DNA of 61,360 nucleotides, filler included, from Platydemus manokwari (GCA_037951405.1; 5 parts of 5 records of this genome joined end to end with filler, not necessarily neighbours in it), one strand, 5' to 3'. Positions 27,391-41,959 are shown, counted from the first letter of the whole stretch. Notes: a model not told the origin generated them from the sequence alone. Made by a program: numbers and translations.

Positions 27391-30300
27391 ATGTCATTTA
27401 TAAAATATATAAAGTTTTTGAGACAACCTTGCTCAATTTCAGAGTTCCACACATCTTGCATATTAAAGTTTTATTTTAATATTATTATTTGCTTGGTTTA
27501 TTTAATTTAGTGCTGAACCAATAAAGAAGAAAAAATCAGATGCGATGCTTGTTGCTGCTAGGCTCCAACGAAAAGTGAAGAAAATTGAAAAAGAGCTAAA
27601 AAGATTGGATAAAAAAGGCAGAATTCTTAAGCCAATTTTAGAAATTGAAGGGGATTATAATGTTATTAAAACTTTAGAGTAAGTTATTTTTAATATTTTT
27701 GATCTATTAAAAACTAAGCTGCTATAATGCAGTTGCTAAAAATTAGTTCTTATAAATTTTCCGTATAATAATAAACTATAATGCGACTAGCAAAAAAGTA
27801 ACAAACTTTACTTGAAAAAATATTGTTATATTTTGATGGAATTGCTGATTAAAATATTGGCGTGTATACCCGTAAAATCTACTTTCACTAATCGAATAAG
27901 ATGATTTGATGGGGATTTGTTACACTTAACAATATAATATTAAAGATTTGTCTTATGAATAATTTAAATAAGTTTGTCGTACACATAATTTTAATGACAT
28001 CCTATTAATCAGCCCTCGACCTGTATAATTTTTAGATTCAGAAGTATTTATTAATCCCTTTCTTATCAGGAGTACATTGTTTCTTTAAAAAAAGCTCAAT
28101 TATTAGCAGCAAAGATACGACGTGACAAACTTCTTTTTAATGACATTTATTTTCACAAAATAATAAAACAGAAAAAGCAATTGAAAATACTATTGTGGAC
28201 TGGTTATATAACCGTAACACTGGGCCAAAAATCTTTACTAGAACGAGTGTTCGATAATGATTTCTTATACGATTTGAAATAAAATCTGTACATAAAACAA
28301 TCTCTTCTTAAATGGACGAAGCTGTAATCGAGAAATGTATTGAACTTGAATTTCATGTCCTAGTTTTGTATCTCTGCCCGTGGCTTTATTGAGAATAATA
28401 CCTGCTTGAAATTGACAGCCTTTCTTTATATTCTACGGAATTTATCTTAGATTTTCTCATAACGACTGCAATTTTCTTAAATAATTCAATATTTCCAATA
28501 TTAAATAACTGATGGACGTTCATTTGTGTTGTTGGTCACAAGTTCTGTCTAATGAAATATTAAATTAAATTATGGCGACGTCCTTACCAATAATCTGATT
28601 CCTTTCAAATTGTAGCTTGGGTGTATAAATCAATATGAATTAGAAAGTTACATTATTGATTTCAAGGTTTAAAATGTCGTGCCTTAAAGAATAATAGGGC
28701 CTAATAGTACCGACCCTTGTCCACACACAGCAACCATTCAATGAAGTTATTTTCCGGCGGGTTTATGTTTCCAAGCTTCCACATATTTATTAGAAAATAT
28801 TCAGCTTAAATTTCCGACAAATAACTGTAATTCTAAACATTTTATGATAACTGAAAATGAAATTGTCGATTTACATTTGTTTTTGTTCAATTAAACTTTC
28901 TGTTTCTTCTGGTTTTAACAGCCTTATTTATAGTATTAGTTGTAGTGTGACTCACACACTTGCGATTTGTAATGTCATCTGACTCTCTGTGTGCGCTCAT
29001 TACACACCAATGACCCAAATTGCTTTATTTTAGGTGACTTCGATGTCACCATCTGTCTTCTGATTCGTAGGATTTTCTAATTCTTTTTTCTTTCATTTAA
29101 AGGAATTTAATATTTTAAAATTAATAATATTATCTATTATTATTATTTTTATTTTATTACGCAACTGTTAAATGGTTAAGTTGCAATTTTATATATTTTC
29201 ATTGGCAAAAATGATCACTATTAAATAGCCATGGTCAAAAATTTATTTTTCAAAAAATCAATAAATTTTTTTTCATAAAATATCGACCAGTAAAAATAAA
29301 ATATTTTTCACACTGATAATAATTACCGCTTATTCAAATTAAAACTGTGAGATATTGATATAGTAGAGCTGATGAAAAATTGATTAATTTTAAATTTGAA
29401 AATGGGTTTGTAAAGATGTTGGGTGTATTGATGTGGATTCACAACAAATTCAAATCAATATAAACGCCAAAACAATGAAAAACTTTTTATTGGAAATGGT
29501 TTGATATGGTTTGACACATGGTGGTACAAAATCCGCCACTGCCCCTGAATCTCGTGTGAATGTTTCGAAAAGATTTTCAACAGATTCAACGTGTTCCTAA
29601 ATAAGAAATGCATCTTTTTTGCAGGATATTTTTGTATAATTTAACTTTTAAGCTTATTGATTTATATTTTGTATTTATTCTTTATCATTGTAATTTTTTA
29701 TTATCCATAATTTTTTTCCGGGTCCAAATGAATGAAATTGTTTTTCCAAACAGCACTTCTTAAATTTTGGAAACCACAAAAATAAATAAAATTTAATCTC
29801 AAAAAATTTAAACAAAAAATCCTAGAAATAATTTTTCAAAAAAATTATAAAATTAAATCTTGACTATTTATTTATTATTTTCTGGTAAACTTTAAAGGAT
29901 TAAAATAGGAAAAATTCATAGATTTTTAGTTGATTTGAAAGACGAATTATTTGAATTGTTTTTATCGCCACAAAAATCTAGCTGGAATTTTAAAAATAAA
30001 ACATTTCATATTTAGAGCTTAAATTCAACGCCAACAATTTCTGCCACCTTCAAATCAATAACTGGATTTATTACATATACCGCATTTAAATTTAAAAATT
30101 ATATTAAAAAGTTTGTGCTCTGAAATATTTCAATAATTATTTATTCTTTATATTTTGTAAATATTTTTATTATTATATCGATTATTTTTCAATATTTTTT
30201 TAAAATTAATTAATCACTTTGCTGATTTTAATAAAAATTAATATCACCTTGTATAAAGCATGTCGATTTTATAAAAAATTAGAATGTATTTGTGATTATT

Positions 30301-32286
30301 TAACTCATTCTGAGACGTGGCTCCAGATGTATTGCTTCATTTGGCCCAGAGAACTCTTTAATTCTATGGTAACTCCATAAGTTCTGAATTAATACCACTC
30401 TCTTCGTATTATTGTTTCTTAACTTAATCAATAATTCAATAGAAGTTTTTCAATGAATTTTCTGTTTTTCCAGAAGGGTTGTTACAATATTTCTCAGTCA
30501 GGTGGAGTTTTTTCGTGACATTCTCCACGAATGTTTTGTATTGATTGTACTATTCTATCCTAATTGTAAGCCGCTATTTTTCATAAAACGCGCTTTGGAA
30601 ACTATCTGAAAAGTCACGACACAGAAATATATTTAAGCTATAATTATTTAAACAAATTAATATTCTATAACAATCTGATTTCAAAATCTTTTTAATTTAA
30701 TTCAATTTAAAACCTTTAAATCCTTTAAAATTTTATATTTTCTATGCATTAACTTTTTTTAAAATTCTATTCAATTCTCTAAATTTCTTTTCTTTATATT
30801 TACTTTATTTCTTCACTATATATTGTCTATTGTTTCTATATCTTCATTACATCTTTTCTATTTTCCTCTTATACTTTCATGTCGTAGACTTACACATAAT
30901 CGAATCCAAATGCATTGCCACCGTGTAAGCCGCTACTGTTTTTTTTACTCATTTTCAAAGTTTAAAATGAATTTAAAGAAATACAATTAATTATAATATT
31001 TAAACAATCAAAAATGAGCCTATTAAATTGTCGATATATTACGATTTACAACATTGGATTTCTACCAAATAATGCCAATGAATTCAGTAGTTGCTTGACA
31101 AGAAATTACTTCCTAATCATACGCCTTTACAACATGGAATCAATTTTTATTATTCTCAATACAATCATAATTTACCGATCGTGTATTTTTTCAAGTAATT
31201 TTATATCGCTATGATTTGCACTGAAATCTTTAAATTGTGGACTTTGGATATCATTTTGTACAGTTCTGATAAGTTATTTTGACTAAAATATTGACTATAT
31301 AACCACACACACACTTTTTGTTCTATATTAAGCTTCTAGATCAGAATAATTTATTCTTCTATTTTCTACCAATTTTCGTATCTTGTATAGAATAACAACA
31401 GTATCGCAATTTCAAATATTTTTTCATCTAATCTGGCTGTTTGTTTCTGTTGTTGAAAAGTAATCCATTATGATGGAAAATATAAAATCAATAAAAACAT
31501 TCTTGCACATATTTGTAGTTATGGTGAATTACATATTTATATTTCTTTTGATATGTAGTCTGAAGGTCATCTGATGCTCCGTTAGGATTCTACACCAAAT
31601 GTATTTTCAATTATTCGTCTCGATACACTTTTAAAACATGTACAGTAATGTGGTATTCATGAAATCATTACTTGTGATCTGTAATGTAAACACATTGACA
31701 TCGACATTATTATTTATCATGGTTAGATGTAATATTGGATCAATAGTTCCATACTTGTGTCACGTAATGGTGATTTGGTAAAATACAACCCTCGATGCAA
31801 AATATCATTTATCAAATATTATTATAATGAAAATGTTAAGCTTTTGATTTAGTCTATGATTTTCGTATTAATAGGCAACGTAAACGAGATCTGGCCAAAC
31901 CAACAGAAGAAGAGTTAGAATATAGGATCACTTTACAAAAGCAATGGACGAGATATATGTGGAAACAGCATTTAATTGAACAATATAATTACAAAATATT
32001 AATGATGCATCAAACGAAAGCTCTCGAAGAATTGAAAGAATATTCCGAAGAACTCTACAACGCTGCAGTTGAGGTTTGTTTTGATTGGTTTGAATACTTA
32101 TTAAATTTTTCATAGGCTGATTTTGAAAGCTTTCCCATAAAATCCGTTGGACCTGTGAGTGGATTTTTAGATAATTATGAATCACCAGATGGAGACGTGA
32201 AAGATTCAACTTTAACTTATAAATATAATGTGGATATCGATAAAAGATTGCTTGTTAAACCTGCAAAAGGAACGAAACCGTTTTAA
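27391..32286 (+). CDS. MRPL40: 39S mitochondrial ribosomal protein L40 (mL40), 204 aa
   Basis: Exons 27391-27467, 27511-27678, 31875-32073, 32116-32286 (615 nt, in frame, GT-AG). Presequence-like MSFIKYIKFLRQPCSISEFHTS, then AEPIKKKK, KKIEKELKRL..LKPILE, QKQWTRY, QTKALEELKEYSEELYNAA and FP..GP...NYESPDG..KDST, matching mL40. Confidence 0.93.
28260..28780 (-). mobile_element. Highly degenerate Tc1/mariner-superfamily transposase remnant inside MRPL40 intron 2
   Basis: The minus strand reads CCVWTRVGTIRPYY (VWCG...IIGPYF-like), with later traces of the WFQQDGA, WPxxSPDL and RLQLC regions. Many stops. Confidence 0.35.
30565..31010 (-). mobile_element. TRIM-like element, copy 2 (partial 5' LTR, PBS, internal region, 3' LTR) in MRPL40 intron 2
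   Basis: Two TGTAAGCCGCTA LTR ends at 30565 and 30924 in direct orientation. PBS-like (C/T)GGTGGCAATGC..TGGATTCGA follows only the 30924 end. The internal region is purine-rich on the minus strand. Confidence 0.7.
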
Positions 32287-32323
32287 TCATTTATTTGTAG
32301 TATTGTTTATATAGAAAATTTTT

Positions 32324-32962
32324 TCAGAATTTATGAAGTGTTTTAGCAGCACTACTTCTGATTTGATTGGATGTTTCAGTAAAATCGGAAATTGATTCTT
32401 TAGTAAAAACTTCTATGGTATGATAATCGTCTGCACTGAGTTCTTCGCCTAATTTTTGAAGAGCAAGAAGAATTTCGGCCTTCAATCTTCTGCCAACGCT
32501 TTCATTTATTATACCAAACTGTAATAATTATATAATGATATGTTCGTCATTAAATTACAGCACTACATTTAATTACCTTAATATCTCTGTCAATTTGATA
32601 GATTCTATTTCTTAGATCTTTCGGCTCCTTTTTAGCAAAGAAATTTATTATCTCAGGTGTTTTGAATGATTTGGAAATTGAATCCTAAAAAATTCTTTTT
32701 AAGATTTAACTAATAATTTATTAACTTGTATAATTAGTTGCATTTTACTAATCTCATCTAACAATGTCATTTTTCCATCTTCCATTTGATTTAAAGCACA
32801 TCTAAATTCCTCAAGTTGTTCTAGAGTTTCTTCTTTTAATGAAAAATATTCATCACCGAGATCATCCTTAGTTTCTTCAATGTCAGTTAATTGAGAAATT
32901 AGTCGTTTCAATTGATCTCTTAAATTATTCTTTAACTTTTCATTCTCTGAACTTTTCGACAT
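32324..32962 (-). CDS. LZIC: LZIC (leucine zipper and ICAT-homologous domain protein), 179 aa
   Basis: Exons 32962-32726, 32684-32577, 32518-32324 (540 nt, in frame). KLKNNLRDQLKRLISQLTDIEE, LKEETLEQLEEF, GKMTLLDE, ISKSFKTPEIINFFAKKEP.DLR and KAEILLALQKLGEELS match LZIC. Confidence 0.93.
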
Positions 32963-33546
32963 AATGAAAAGTAAAATTTCAAATTAAGTTAATAACGATA
33001 TAAATACAATATGATTTAAAACACTAAATTCTTAAATCTATAATAATTTAAAACTGTATTTAAACAAGTGTTTAAACAGAAAATTTTTAAGATTATCGTT
33101 TATCTTATAATTATTTTTGTGTAATTCAGAAATTATTTTAAAATAAATGATATGATTAGTGATAAAATTGGTTTATCACAATAAAATTATTTTGGTAATT
33201 AAAAGTTGATTAAAACTTAAATTGTTATAATAAATCTGAAGTATTAAAAGGCTTCCAAATTATTTCAGTTTTAATTACGATGAAAGATGTTTAAAAGAAG
33301 ATAAAGAAGAAGAATTTTTATAATTTATTTTGGAGATAAAAATTAAATTAGCTGTAACTGATGCTGAATACTATTTTGTTATGATTTTAACCAATCACGA
33401 TTTTTCTATTTCTGGAATTTTAAAATCCTATTTTTGTTTTCTGTTCTATTTTTGCAATTATTAAATTCTATTTGTAGATTCTTGTATTTTTTATTTTATT
33501 TTTGTAATTATAAATTATTATTTTTAAATGCTAGTTTATTTTTAGG

Positions 33547-33969
33547 ATTTTTATTTATGTGATTATGTTTGTGGGTGTAACATGTTATTTGTCGTTATGT
33601 GACTCATTGTGGGTTCGGATCCTAACACAATGATCTGAGGAATTATTAACAAAAAATGATGAAAGAACAGAGTTAATGATTTTTTCAAAAATAATTGATT
33701 ATTGTCATTTTTGGCAAAAGTTTCTCTATGGTATTATCTATATTACCCGTGAAATTTATGGTGGTCTTTATTTAATTTTTCCTAATCACTTAATAGGACA
33801 AACTCTGGAAAATATAAATGACAAATATTCACTTTTGGTAAAAGACTTCGCAAATTTGAAGGATTTTTCGAAAATTATTGATATTTTCAATATTTTAATA
33901 CTAATTTATATTTTTACAATTATCTCAATGGGTTACGGACTATACGTTCTTCAACTATGTGGATTTTAA
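33547..33969 (+). pseudogene. Unknown membrane-protein-like exon with one in-frame TGA (pseudogene or partial gene)
   Basis: A TTTTAG acceptor at 33545 is followed by 141 codons open except TGA at 33631, with hydrophobic segments at both ends. No family recognised. Confidence 0.3.
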
Positions 33970-36436
33970 AATCAATTAATATTTGAATGATCATTTAAAT
34001 TAAGAAATATAATCAATAAAAATTGTTTGAATATTTTGATTAAATAAAATTTCTTGAGTTGAACTTCTTTAATAATTTTTATCAATTTTTATCATCATCA
34101 TTTGCACAATCTTGATTTAGTTATTTAGTTTATTAACTTTAAATTCATCTTAATTGTAAATATATCAATCCTAATTATGTAATTTTAATTACAATTGTAA
34201 TAAATACAGTTAATTATTAAATTGTGAGTGTGTATGTTCAGTTAAATATGTACTCTAAAATATGTTTTGTATTATAGTAAGTGTTGACTTATTGAAGAGA
34301 CTTAAAATACATGATAAATCATTTAACAACAATTAATTATTAAAATGACAATATATTATAATTTTAAGTGAACAATTTAGCAAATCAATAATAATTAATT
34401 AAACTTACTTCGAATAAGGAATCTTATTGTTACATTCGAGCCTTATTGATTTTATTGATTTATTAAACTTAATTCTATTTATTATCACTGTTGTCTTAAC
34501 AAGTCTCTATGAGCTCTTGGTTAAGGCTACAGCTGTAATATGCCTTGTTTTGCTGAAACTTCACATCGCACAGCCTAGAGGTGATAATGATGATATATTT
34601 TAATTATCAGTCTCAATAAGTTCTACCTATTTAAACTATTAACTACGATACCAATGACAATGAACTATGATTTATGATCCCTATTTAATAAATAACTAAG
34701 GTTTATTACTACCAATGTTTTTTAACAATCAAAATCGATACAAATTAATTAACAATAATAAAATAAAAATTAGGAATGAATTTTGATATTACACCATACA
34801 TCAACTTATAAAGAATCTTAACAACTTCTCAGATTAAAGCAACGATTTATAAGCTCCACTCTCTTGGAGCAAAACCATTTATCCAAAGGTATTTGAGAAA
34901 CAGCTCTATAATAGAAAATTACAGATAATATAATATTGATTAGTAGTTTATTAAATGTATCTTACTGTACGGTCTTCCAGTAAAATACTGAGCATATATG
35001 GAATCCTGACCTTCGATACTAGATAGTATTCTATCGTGCAGTTCTTATGTATTATCCCCGTTTATATCAATCAATGTTACGCATAATTACGTCTTCGGTA
35101 ATGTGTTATTGTCCCAATGTTCATTATCACTGCTACTTTATATAGGTAGTGGTCAATCACTCGCGGAGAGATTCTCTCCGATTAATTTTATTATACATAG
35201 AAATATTCGATCTGATTAAACTTAATTTACTGAATATTTTATTCCATGACTAATTTTATATGAGTGATAATAGGTGGTAATCTATTTATCAATGTTATTG
35301 GGTGATAACATATAGCTTTTATTTTTATAAATTAATTTATTATTCGGGAATTTAATGGGTTTTTCTTCTATGGGTATTTCAGGTAGTATTATTTTAGATA
35401 TTTACCGATAATAATTATTATAAATACTAATATATTATACTATTTTAAGCTGATTTCATTCAAATATTCTAAGAGTTGTTAAGATATAAACATACAAACT
35501 GCTTAAATAAAAATTAATACAATAAAAATTAATGCACATGCATAAAAATATGATTGTTATAAAAATTGCTATACGATGTTGCACAGAGTAATTAATTATT
35601 TGATCAAAACCTGAAATTTATTATGACTCCATAACAATTGCTATATTAGTCTAAACGGAAAAATAAGAAAACGCATATTTGGCTGCGTAATTATAAAATT
35701 AAAATTCATCCAATAGAAATGTAGAATGACGAAATTTTAAAATAAACGCTAAAATAAACATAATGAAAAACTATTGAATTTTAATAAATTTTTACTTTAA
35801 TCATCTTTATAATTATAAAACCTCATGAATAAATTTACCAAAAACGAGATTTTATCCAATTTAAAACTAACTTCTTTTTAAACTTTATTCACAGGCAATT
35901 TTTGTTGATAGTTAAACATGTCTTCGGCATTATCATTTTAAAGTCTTTGGGTTCCACATTCTAACTTATCTATAATACATAATTGATATTGTTATTATAC
36001 AAGCTGTGTGAATATTAGCAAGAATATTTGGAGTAAACCAGTGAATAAAATTCATTTTGTTTTTGATCCTCATCATTATCATCATATAATTATTTATATT
36101 CACAAAGAATGACTAACTCTTATTACATGTCAATATGATAAAATGGTTAGTTTTCTTGAATATATTAAATTCTATAGTTCATTCTAATTCAAGCTTGGGA
36201 TATCACTGTGAATATTTAAAATGATATTATTATTATCTGGTTTAAAAAGAATCAGGGTTCTATTATAAGACTAAGATGACACAGAGTCACCTCACAAATT
36301 TTATTTTAAAATTTATGCAGAATATAAAACTTCAGATGAAAAATTAAATTTCAAATTAAATTAGTACACTGCTGATAAAACTGAATGACTATTTAACAAT
36401 CCTATAGTTAAATAAATATACCAAAACATTAAAAAA

Positions 36437-37489
36437 CTAATTTTCCAAGCGTTTTCGCATTGTCGGACTAGCAAGGGTTAGACTGTGTATTGCATTAGCA
36501 GCAAGTCCTAAACAACGCCATCGTTGTGCAGCAATTGTTTCCATTAAACTATTTTCTAACATTGGATATAAATTAGCTGTCGCACTTTTATCAATTTGTA
36601 GGAATGGATCTTCCAAAGCCACGGCTAAACTTATTCTTTCAAGTGGCTCAACTTTTAGAAGAGACGAAACAAACTTCTTACCAGTTTTTGTTATAAAATC
36701 CCAATGGGGTCTATGAAAATGATAATTTCCTCCCATTATTTGACGTTTAACCTCATTTTCATCTCTATTTAATGAATAAAAAGGAGGGTAACCACAAAGT
36801 AAGATATAAGCAACAACTCCAATGCTCCAGTTATCAACCTTTTCGCCATAACCGGCTTTTGTTAATTTACTTTTTAATAATTCTGGTGCTGAGTAGTCAA
36901 CGGTTCCACAGTTTGTCATCATCCTCTCACTAATTTCTCTTGACAAACCAAAATCTGTTATCATTAATTTTGAATTTTCGGCTGGTGTTTTAAATAATAC
37001 ATTTTCTGGTTTGATATCTCGGTGAACATAACCATGATCATGCATATATTTTACTCCACTGATCATTTGTTTCAATACAATTGCTGCATCTCTTTCAGAA
37101 AACTTTTTCCGTTTGATAATACGATCAAATAACTCACCACCTTCAGCCAGTTCGATTACTAAATAAATGTTTCTTCCGTCATCAACCATTTCATATATTT
37201 TAACCAAGTTTGGATGATCTAAAGCTTGCATGATGGACGCTTCTCTATACATAATCTTCTTAATCTTTTTTTCCACTTCTTCCGCTGTGTATTTTTTGTA
37301 AGCGTTTTTCGTTCTGTCTGTTCTTTTTATAGCAACATATTTATCCGTAACTAAATCTTTTGCTTTAAATACTTCACAAAATCCTCCATCTCCTAATCTG
37401 CATTCAATTAGATATCTATCACTGTCTAATGGTTCAAAAGCCTCCTTTTTCCTTTCTTCTCTAGCTGACGCTGTATTTTTCTTACTCAT
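36437..37489 (-). CDS. Intronless Ca2+/calmodulin-dependent protein kinase, CaMKI-like, 350 aa
   Basis: Uninterrupted ORF with [69 protein letters not shown] and a CaM-binding-like tail [13 protein letters not shown]. Confidence 0.92.
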   Translation of the reverse strand: MSKKNTASAREERKKEAFEPLDSDRYLIECRLGDGGFCEVFKAKDLVTDKYVAIKRTDRTKNAYKKYTAEEVEKKIKKIMYREASIMQALDHPNLVKIYEMVDDGRNIYLVIELAEGGELFDRIIKRKKFSERDAAIVLKQMISGVKYMHDHGYVHRDIKPENVLFKTPAENSKLMITDFGLSREISERMMTNCGTVDYSAPELLKSKLTKAGYGEKVDNWSIGVVAYILLCGYPPFYSLNRDENEVKRQIMGGNYHFHRPHWDFITKTGKKFVSSLLKVEPLERISLAVALEDPFLQIDKSATANLYPMLENSLMETIAAQRWRCLGLAANAIHSLTLASPTMRKRLEN

Positions 37490-38154
37490 TCCAGTGCATT
37501 ATTATAAATAATAATAAAGATTATGATAGCATCTTCTCCAAATAGAATTCTAAACTATTGATAATTGATAACATAAATAATAATGGATCAATAATTCTTA
37601 TTTTTAACTCCTAAATCAGGGAAATTTAGGTCTAAAATGTTAAAACAGCTTTCATAAATATTTTAACTTTCCCTCTTTGTCTTTTACATGGCTTTATAAT
37701 TATCATTCTTGGATGCACATTAAAATCAAGACAATGAAAATATTTGTAGAAAAAATAAAGAAAATTTTTTTAGAGAAATTAGATTCTAGTGAATTATTAT
37801 TATGAAACTTTGATATTTTAAAAGAAAACTCATAAAATGACTTAATTTTTTAGTTCTTCAACTGTCACTGAAAATTTTTGAATAAATTAAATTTGAAGTG
37901 CCGATTATGATGGTTTTGGTTATTTCTAAACGAATTTATTCTTGATAATTGTTAGCGGCTTATCAGCCACTGAGATCGTTTTAACCACGATTTATCAAAA
38001 CCATCTATATTAATATTAATATTTTTTATTTTTCAACTCTACACAAAGCAGTAATATAATGACTATTGCTGCGCCAGTAACAATTAAGAACAATCTCTGA
38101 AATTTCTGAGATAAAATTATTTTCATAATTCAACCTCTTTTAATTTTGAAAATA

Positions 38155-38710
38155 TAGGGGCTCGAGAAAAGTTTCATTTTTCTTTGTCGTTGAAATCTTA
38201 TTAAAATCTAAAAAAACATTTATTTAAAACATTTATTTGTGAAAATCGCATGTGCAATCGTACTAAAAGCAAACCATAACAGAGCCTAAACATAGTTTCC
38301 ATCAACTTCAGTGACACTCTGGAAGCGACGTGTAAAATTTTGAAACTTGCTTGTAAGCAAAGCTTCCAATGCTGACTTCAAATATTGGCGAAAATTGTTG
38401 CTCACCTCTACTGAACTACTGAAGTTTTTTTGAGTCGATAGCACTCGTGGTTCCTGAAGCTAAAGCGATCCATGAGGTTTGTGTCGGGTAAGTAGGCTGG
38501 CTACTTTAAGAGACACGCGATGTACTTCAAGCCAAAGTCAAATTAACTGTGCTATGTGAGGTCTGGCAGTGTCATGCTGAATTACCATTTCCCAAGCAAA
38601 TAGTCTTTTTTGAAAGTTTAAAATCATATTCTGGAGGAATCGTAGGTATCTCTCAGCGTTGATGGATCCACCGTCATGAAGAAATCCGTTTGATGAAAAG
38701 TTAAATTGAA
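38155..38710 (-). mobile_element. Mariner transposase C-terminal remnant with possible terminal inverted repeat
   Basis: SINAERYLRFL...IQHDTARPH (HDNARPH motif), followed by degenerate ...FSSSVEV...FQNFTRRFQSVTEVDGNYV* (stop at 38286-38288). TIR-like TAGGGGCTCGAGAAAAGTT at 38155. Confidence 0.75.
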
Positions 38711-39099
38711 AGTACCAGAATTTGCTTTGCTTGAACCTAAATCTATTTTTTTGACAACTTCCATCTCCTTTATTGTTCACTTTTTTGGTACATTTTATGT
38801 AATTGGGCAAATATTAATAAGTAATTTGATGTCTTATTGCTACCCAACTGATTATTATAAATTTTCTTTCTTCCAAGATATTTAAATATACACCTGCTAT
38901 TTTGTGTATTTTATACTATTCTGCTTGTTCTATAGTTGTTCTCCAAATGTATCACGCATTGATTTTTCATCAAATATGAATTTTCACAGTATTCGTGATA
39001 TTTATTAATTTTACTATTATATCTATAACATTTACTCTGACAGTGACGATACCAGCACAGAAACAGAACAAAAAATTTAAAACGAAAATAATAAACAAA

Positions 39100-39582
39100 T
39101 TATATAATCATCGTAACATACAGATTACCACAATAAATGTGGATATTATTACGACAAGCAAAGACATACTCATAGGAAAATAAATGATAAACAAACGACA
39201 ATAAAGGCAAGCAAATTATAATCCAATAATGAAGAACATCGAATACTGGTAAAAAAGAGACTATATGAACTGTAAGAAAAAATAAGACAGTGTACGAAAA
39301 AGTAAGCTCAAAACTAACACTAACAGGAATCAAATAATTTGAATATTGTTCCAAATTCTATATCAAACAGAAATCGATCAGTTGCCATTATTAATTTTAT
39401 TATATATAATTTAGTGGTAATACCCAAAAAGAGATCGTTACATTTTAATCAATACTAACCACGTTTGCACCGAACATTTGATATTTTGCTTCACCTCAAT
39501 TCTTTTCTGATCTTCTTTTTCCCCAGAATTGATTGATATTAGTACTCAACACTGGTTGTTCAAATTCTTCAGGGTACTACAT
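39100..39582 (-). pseudogene. Decayed spliced gene fragment encoding a hydrophobic protein
   Basis: Exon 39582-39460 (TTTTACAG...GTTAGT, 123 nt, two stops) splices in frame to an exon starting at 39357 (NLEQYSNYLIPVSVSFELTFSYTVLFF...). Family not recognised. Confidence 0.35.
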
Positions 39583-40369
39583 CTGTAAAATAAAATTTAA
39601 TTGTAGTAGCTCATTTGTTATTTATAATTGTATAAGCAATAAATAGCTTTGACATCAGTTGTATTATTGATCATATCACTAATTAAATTAGCTAATTTTA
39701 AAAATTAGAATAGCAGTCCAAAATACCAAAATGATTGGATTTTCAAGATGGTCTTCGGGTACAAACGAAACGACCATAGATTACTCTAATAAGAAATCTT
39801 TATGATAATCTTATAGAGTTTGAATTCGGGTGAATGTTTGAAATTCAAGATTCGCGATTGAAAAGAAATAATAATTAATCATGCTTTTGTGAGAACTTGG
39901 GACGACAATAAAATTTAATAATCAACAATACTGTGATGTTCTTTGGTAAAAATTTCTTTCTAATTTATAATTAAATAATAGTAATTGGTGTTTATTGATT
40001 TAATAATCTTTGCAACAGTCAAATATAAATCGATCATTAAAACTTATGCTGTTGAGTTTCTCAAACATCACCTAACATTGATAACCAGAAAAACTAAAAT
40101 CGTTAATCATATATTTTTCCATACTCATACGAGCAAATTTGATTATTTTATATTGTCTTTATGACAAAACAATCGTGTCATTAGTTGTCACATAACATCA
40201 GGCAATTTTTATTCATTCTAATCACAGTTTTTTAACAAGACCTCATCATAGATCTTATCGAAGTTCGGTGTATCCAATCAGAATACAATATTTTAATATA
40301 ATTAGTTTCTAGTATCTCAGAGCATTACTGCATAATAATAACATCAATAAACCACATCTTTCATGTGAT

Positions 40370-40590
40370 AAATGCATGACTTAATCAGTTCAGTTTCGGA
40401 AAATGGTCTTAAGTTTTTGCATTTAAATTAGTTGTTACACTATTATTTTTAATGCAACGCTTCTAAAAATCTTTTGCATTGAAATGCTTTTTTCAATACC
40501 GATATTAGTTTTGGTACGCTCTAGATGTGAAATAAATTAAATTTTGTAAGACAATGCGCCATTGACCAATTTGCAGCACAAACCTGAGTC
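40370..40590 (-). mobile_element. hAT (Charlie/Buster-like) transposase N-terminal remnant
   Basis: KNLRPFSETELIKSCI resembles the KPFxxGELIKxC motif; traces of a BED-finger region lie upstream. Confidence 0.45.
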
Positions 40591-41139
40591 AAGAATTCGA
40601 ATTGTTTAAGCAAGTTAAATATAATATAAGGTATTTCAAAGAAGAATTTATTAACAAAAATAAATCACAAGTATTTGTTAAAGTTTTAAAATAATTATCT
40701 ATGAAATTATAATTATAATTTTAAGTCAAATAATGCAGTCTATTTGATGTTTAAAAAAGTTATGCCAAGCAATATGATATTAACATAACACGTAAAATTA
40801 TTCCAAAACTTAAAAACCAACATTAGTTAAATTGAGAAAAGTTAATTAAAATAACTTATAATTTTAACTTGTTTATTTAAACTGATCGGTAAAATTATAT
40901 CAAGGTTTATAAATATCTCATAATTTGAATAAAATTTTAGTTTTTTACGAATTCGCGATTATTTTAATTCAATTTAAGCCTCATATATCGAGGCAATACA
41001 AAATAGCAAAATAGGCTGTTCTATCGGTACTCGTGTATGTAATTCTAAATCACAATCAAACAATATCATAAATAATTGCGAAAGTAAAACTTATTTCTCA
41101 ATCATTCCAATGAATATTTTTAATATATTTTATCAACAG

Positions 41140-41460
<321 letters not shown>

Positions 41461-41646
41461 TGATTTTCATTTAATTTGATCAATAATTGATCAATATTCG
41501 ATTGGAAATTTATATTATTATTATTTAATTGGGTTTTGTTTTAATGAATTGATCTTATCATATGGGAATCGTATTTCCCTGCAAAAGTCTCAAGTTAAGA
41601 ATTGATTTACTGTGATGTTTCATTATCGGATTAACTGAAATATTAT

Positions 41647-41746
41647 NNNNNNNNNNNNNNNNNNNNNNNNNNNNNNNNNNNNNNNNNNNNTTAATTAATT
41701 AANNNNNNNNNNNNNNNNNNNNNNNNNNNNNNNNNNNNNNNNNNNN
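41647..41746. other. Artificial contig spacer
   Basis: N44-TTAATTAATTAA-N44. Confidence 0.98.
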
Positions 41747-41758
41747 AATAATAATAGC

Positions 41759-41823
<65 letters not shown>
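41747..41823. repeat. (AAT)n microsatellite at contig edge
   Basis: About 25 AAT units with one interruption. Confidence 0.95.
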
Positions 41824-41825
<2 letters not shown>

Positions 41826-41959
41826 GATTGAAATAAATATAAATAACTCAAGTGGTAACAATATAAAATTATATTGGTATCTTAAATTCGAAAATCGAAA
41901 ACCACTCGTGGAGATATAAAGATATATTATCTGAAAAAACCAAAATTTATCATTCAAGG

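Noticed and set aside
35296-35315. LGDNI as RdRp motif C (GDNQ)
   Set aside because: Isolated four-residue match without motif B upstream.
41691-41957. Poly-Tyr ORF
   Set aside because: An AAT microsatellite running into the N spacer.
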